Positions 63,296 through 64,000 of a DNA stretch of 64,000 nt are shown here, one piece after another. Origin of the DNA: an uncultured Acidobacteriaceae bacterium (GTDB lineage: Bacteria > Acidobacteriota > Terriglobia > Terriglobales > Acidobacteriaceae); the NCBI GenBank assembly GCA_963710875.1, contig CAVQBW010000005.1, positions 272,577 to 336,576 on the forward strand, in the 5' to 3' direction. Position numbers and translations under genes: made by a program. Each line of letters opens with the position of its first letter. Within the stretch, counting starts at the first letter, position 1. Under the pieces are notes generated by a model that searched no databases, had not been told where the DNA came from, and saw nothing but the letters and a program-made list of their open reading frames with translations.

Positions 63296-63775
63296 ATGAA
63301 GACTCTGCGGCACAATGCGATTCGCGAACTGGTAACCCACGCGCAGGTAGCCAGCCAGGACGAGCTGCGCCGCAAGCTCCGCCGCCGCGGCTTTGCCGTG
63401 ACCCAGGCCACGCTCTCGCGCGACATTCACGAATTGAGACTCTCCAAAGGCCCCGGCGGCTACACTTTATCGAGTGGGACTCGATCGACTGGGCCTGGCG
63501 GCAATGGTTTCGCTCCGCCGGTCGAGGACAACAGCCCCCCTTCGGTGGCGGAGATGATTGAGAGCTTCGGCCTGCGCGTGAAACAGGCCATGAATCAGGT
63601 GGTGATTAGCACGGTGATGGGCGGGGCGCAGCCCTTCGCCGCGGCCCTGGACTATGAGGCTTGGCCTGAGGTTGTGGGCACCGTCGCCGGCGACGACACG
63701 GTGCTGGTGATCTGCCCCGACATTCGGCGCGCCACAGAAGTAGAATCCCGATTGAGGACGATGCTGGAATCATGA
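63296..63775 (+). CDS. argR: Arginine repressor
   Basis: SQDEL...VTQATLSRDI winged helix and GTVAGDDT arginine-binding motif. Confidence 0.96.
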   Translation: MKTLRHNAIRELVTHAQVASQDELRRKLRRRGFAVTQATLSRDIHELRLSKGPGGYTLSSGTRSTGPGGNGFAPPVEDNSPPSVAEMIESFGLRVKQAMNQVVISTVMGGAQPFAAALDYEAWPEVVGTVAGDDTVLVICPDIRRATEVESRLRTMLES

Positions 63776-64000
63776 CAGAAACAGTGCAAACGGCGGTGGT
63801 GGGAGTCACCGGGTACGCGGGCATGGAGTTGGCCAGGCTGCTGCTGCGGCATCCCCGCCTGAAGGGCAAGCCCCCGGTCTTCGCGGGTCGCGTCGAGGCC
63901 GGCGATGCTGCGCGCGGAGGCATTCCCCTGGCCGAGATCCATCCCCAGCTCGCCGACAGCCTGGGCAGCGGAGCCCTGCGCCAGCAGCCGTTTTCGTGGG
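63772..64000 (+). CDS. argC: N-acetyl-gamma-glutamyl-phosphate reductase, 3'-truncated by the window edge
   Basis: AVVGVTGYAGMELARLLLRHP; ATGA overlap with argR. Confidence 0.92.
   Translation, partial: MTETVQTAVVGVTGYAGMELARLLLRHPRLKGKPPVFAGRVEAGDAARGGIPLAEIHPQLADSLGSGALRQQPFSW

Overview
High-GC bacterial chromosomal window. Gene content and repeat style suggest Acidobacteriota (Terriglobales-like); this is an inference, as no search was run. 1-13.1 kb: flagellar basal body/hook operon (an HTH-less sigma-54 activator, flgB flgC fliE fliF fliG fliH fliI fliJ fliK flgD flgE), with a sigma-54 promoter before fliK and a frameshift splitting an unusually long flgE. 13.2-21.3 kb: PaaI thioesterase, cytochrome c, a more AT-rich islet of two tandem Zn-ribbon/TM/PstS-like/OmpA proteins, miaB, DUF151 nuclease, chorismate mutase-like protein, oxidoreductase and tRNA-Gln. 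21.4-30.3 kb: ybbAP-tesA-like ABC/esterase module, truB, folE, two BH4-type (Cx5HGH) PTPS genes, GT2, TlpA and tRNA-Arg. 30.3-38.3 kb: tRNA-adjacent islet with a 6-deoxyhexose catabolic operon and decayed genes at both ends. 38.4-64 kb: TonB-like protein, ileS-lspA, HAD, CusF-SCO, TetR/HlyD/ABC efflux, GH18, a sigma-28-driven orphan small protein, cyaY, pstS, S10 peptidase, two vapBC modules, esterase, GNAT, PPi-type PFK, acyl-CoA ligase, argR and the start of argC. The most notable unexplained signals are a palindromic REP-like family inserted in frame into ileS and a PTPS gene, the tandem Zn-ribbon-PBP-OmpA pair, inverted heptamer arrays, pervasive leaderless-type promoters and the sigma-28 orphan. 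No CRISPR array, rRNA, integrase or transposase was seen.
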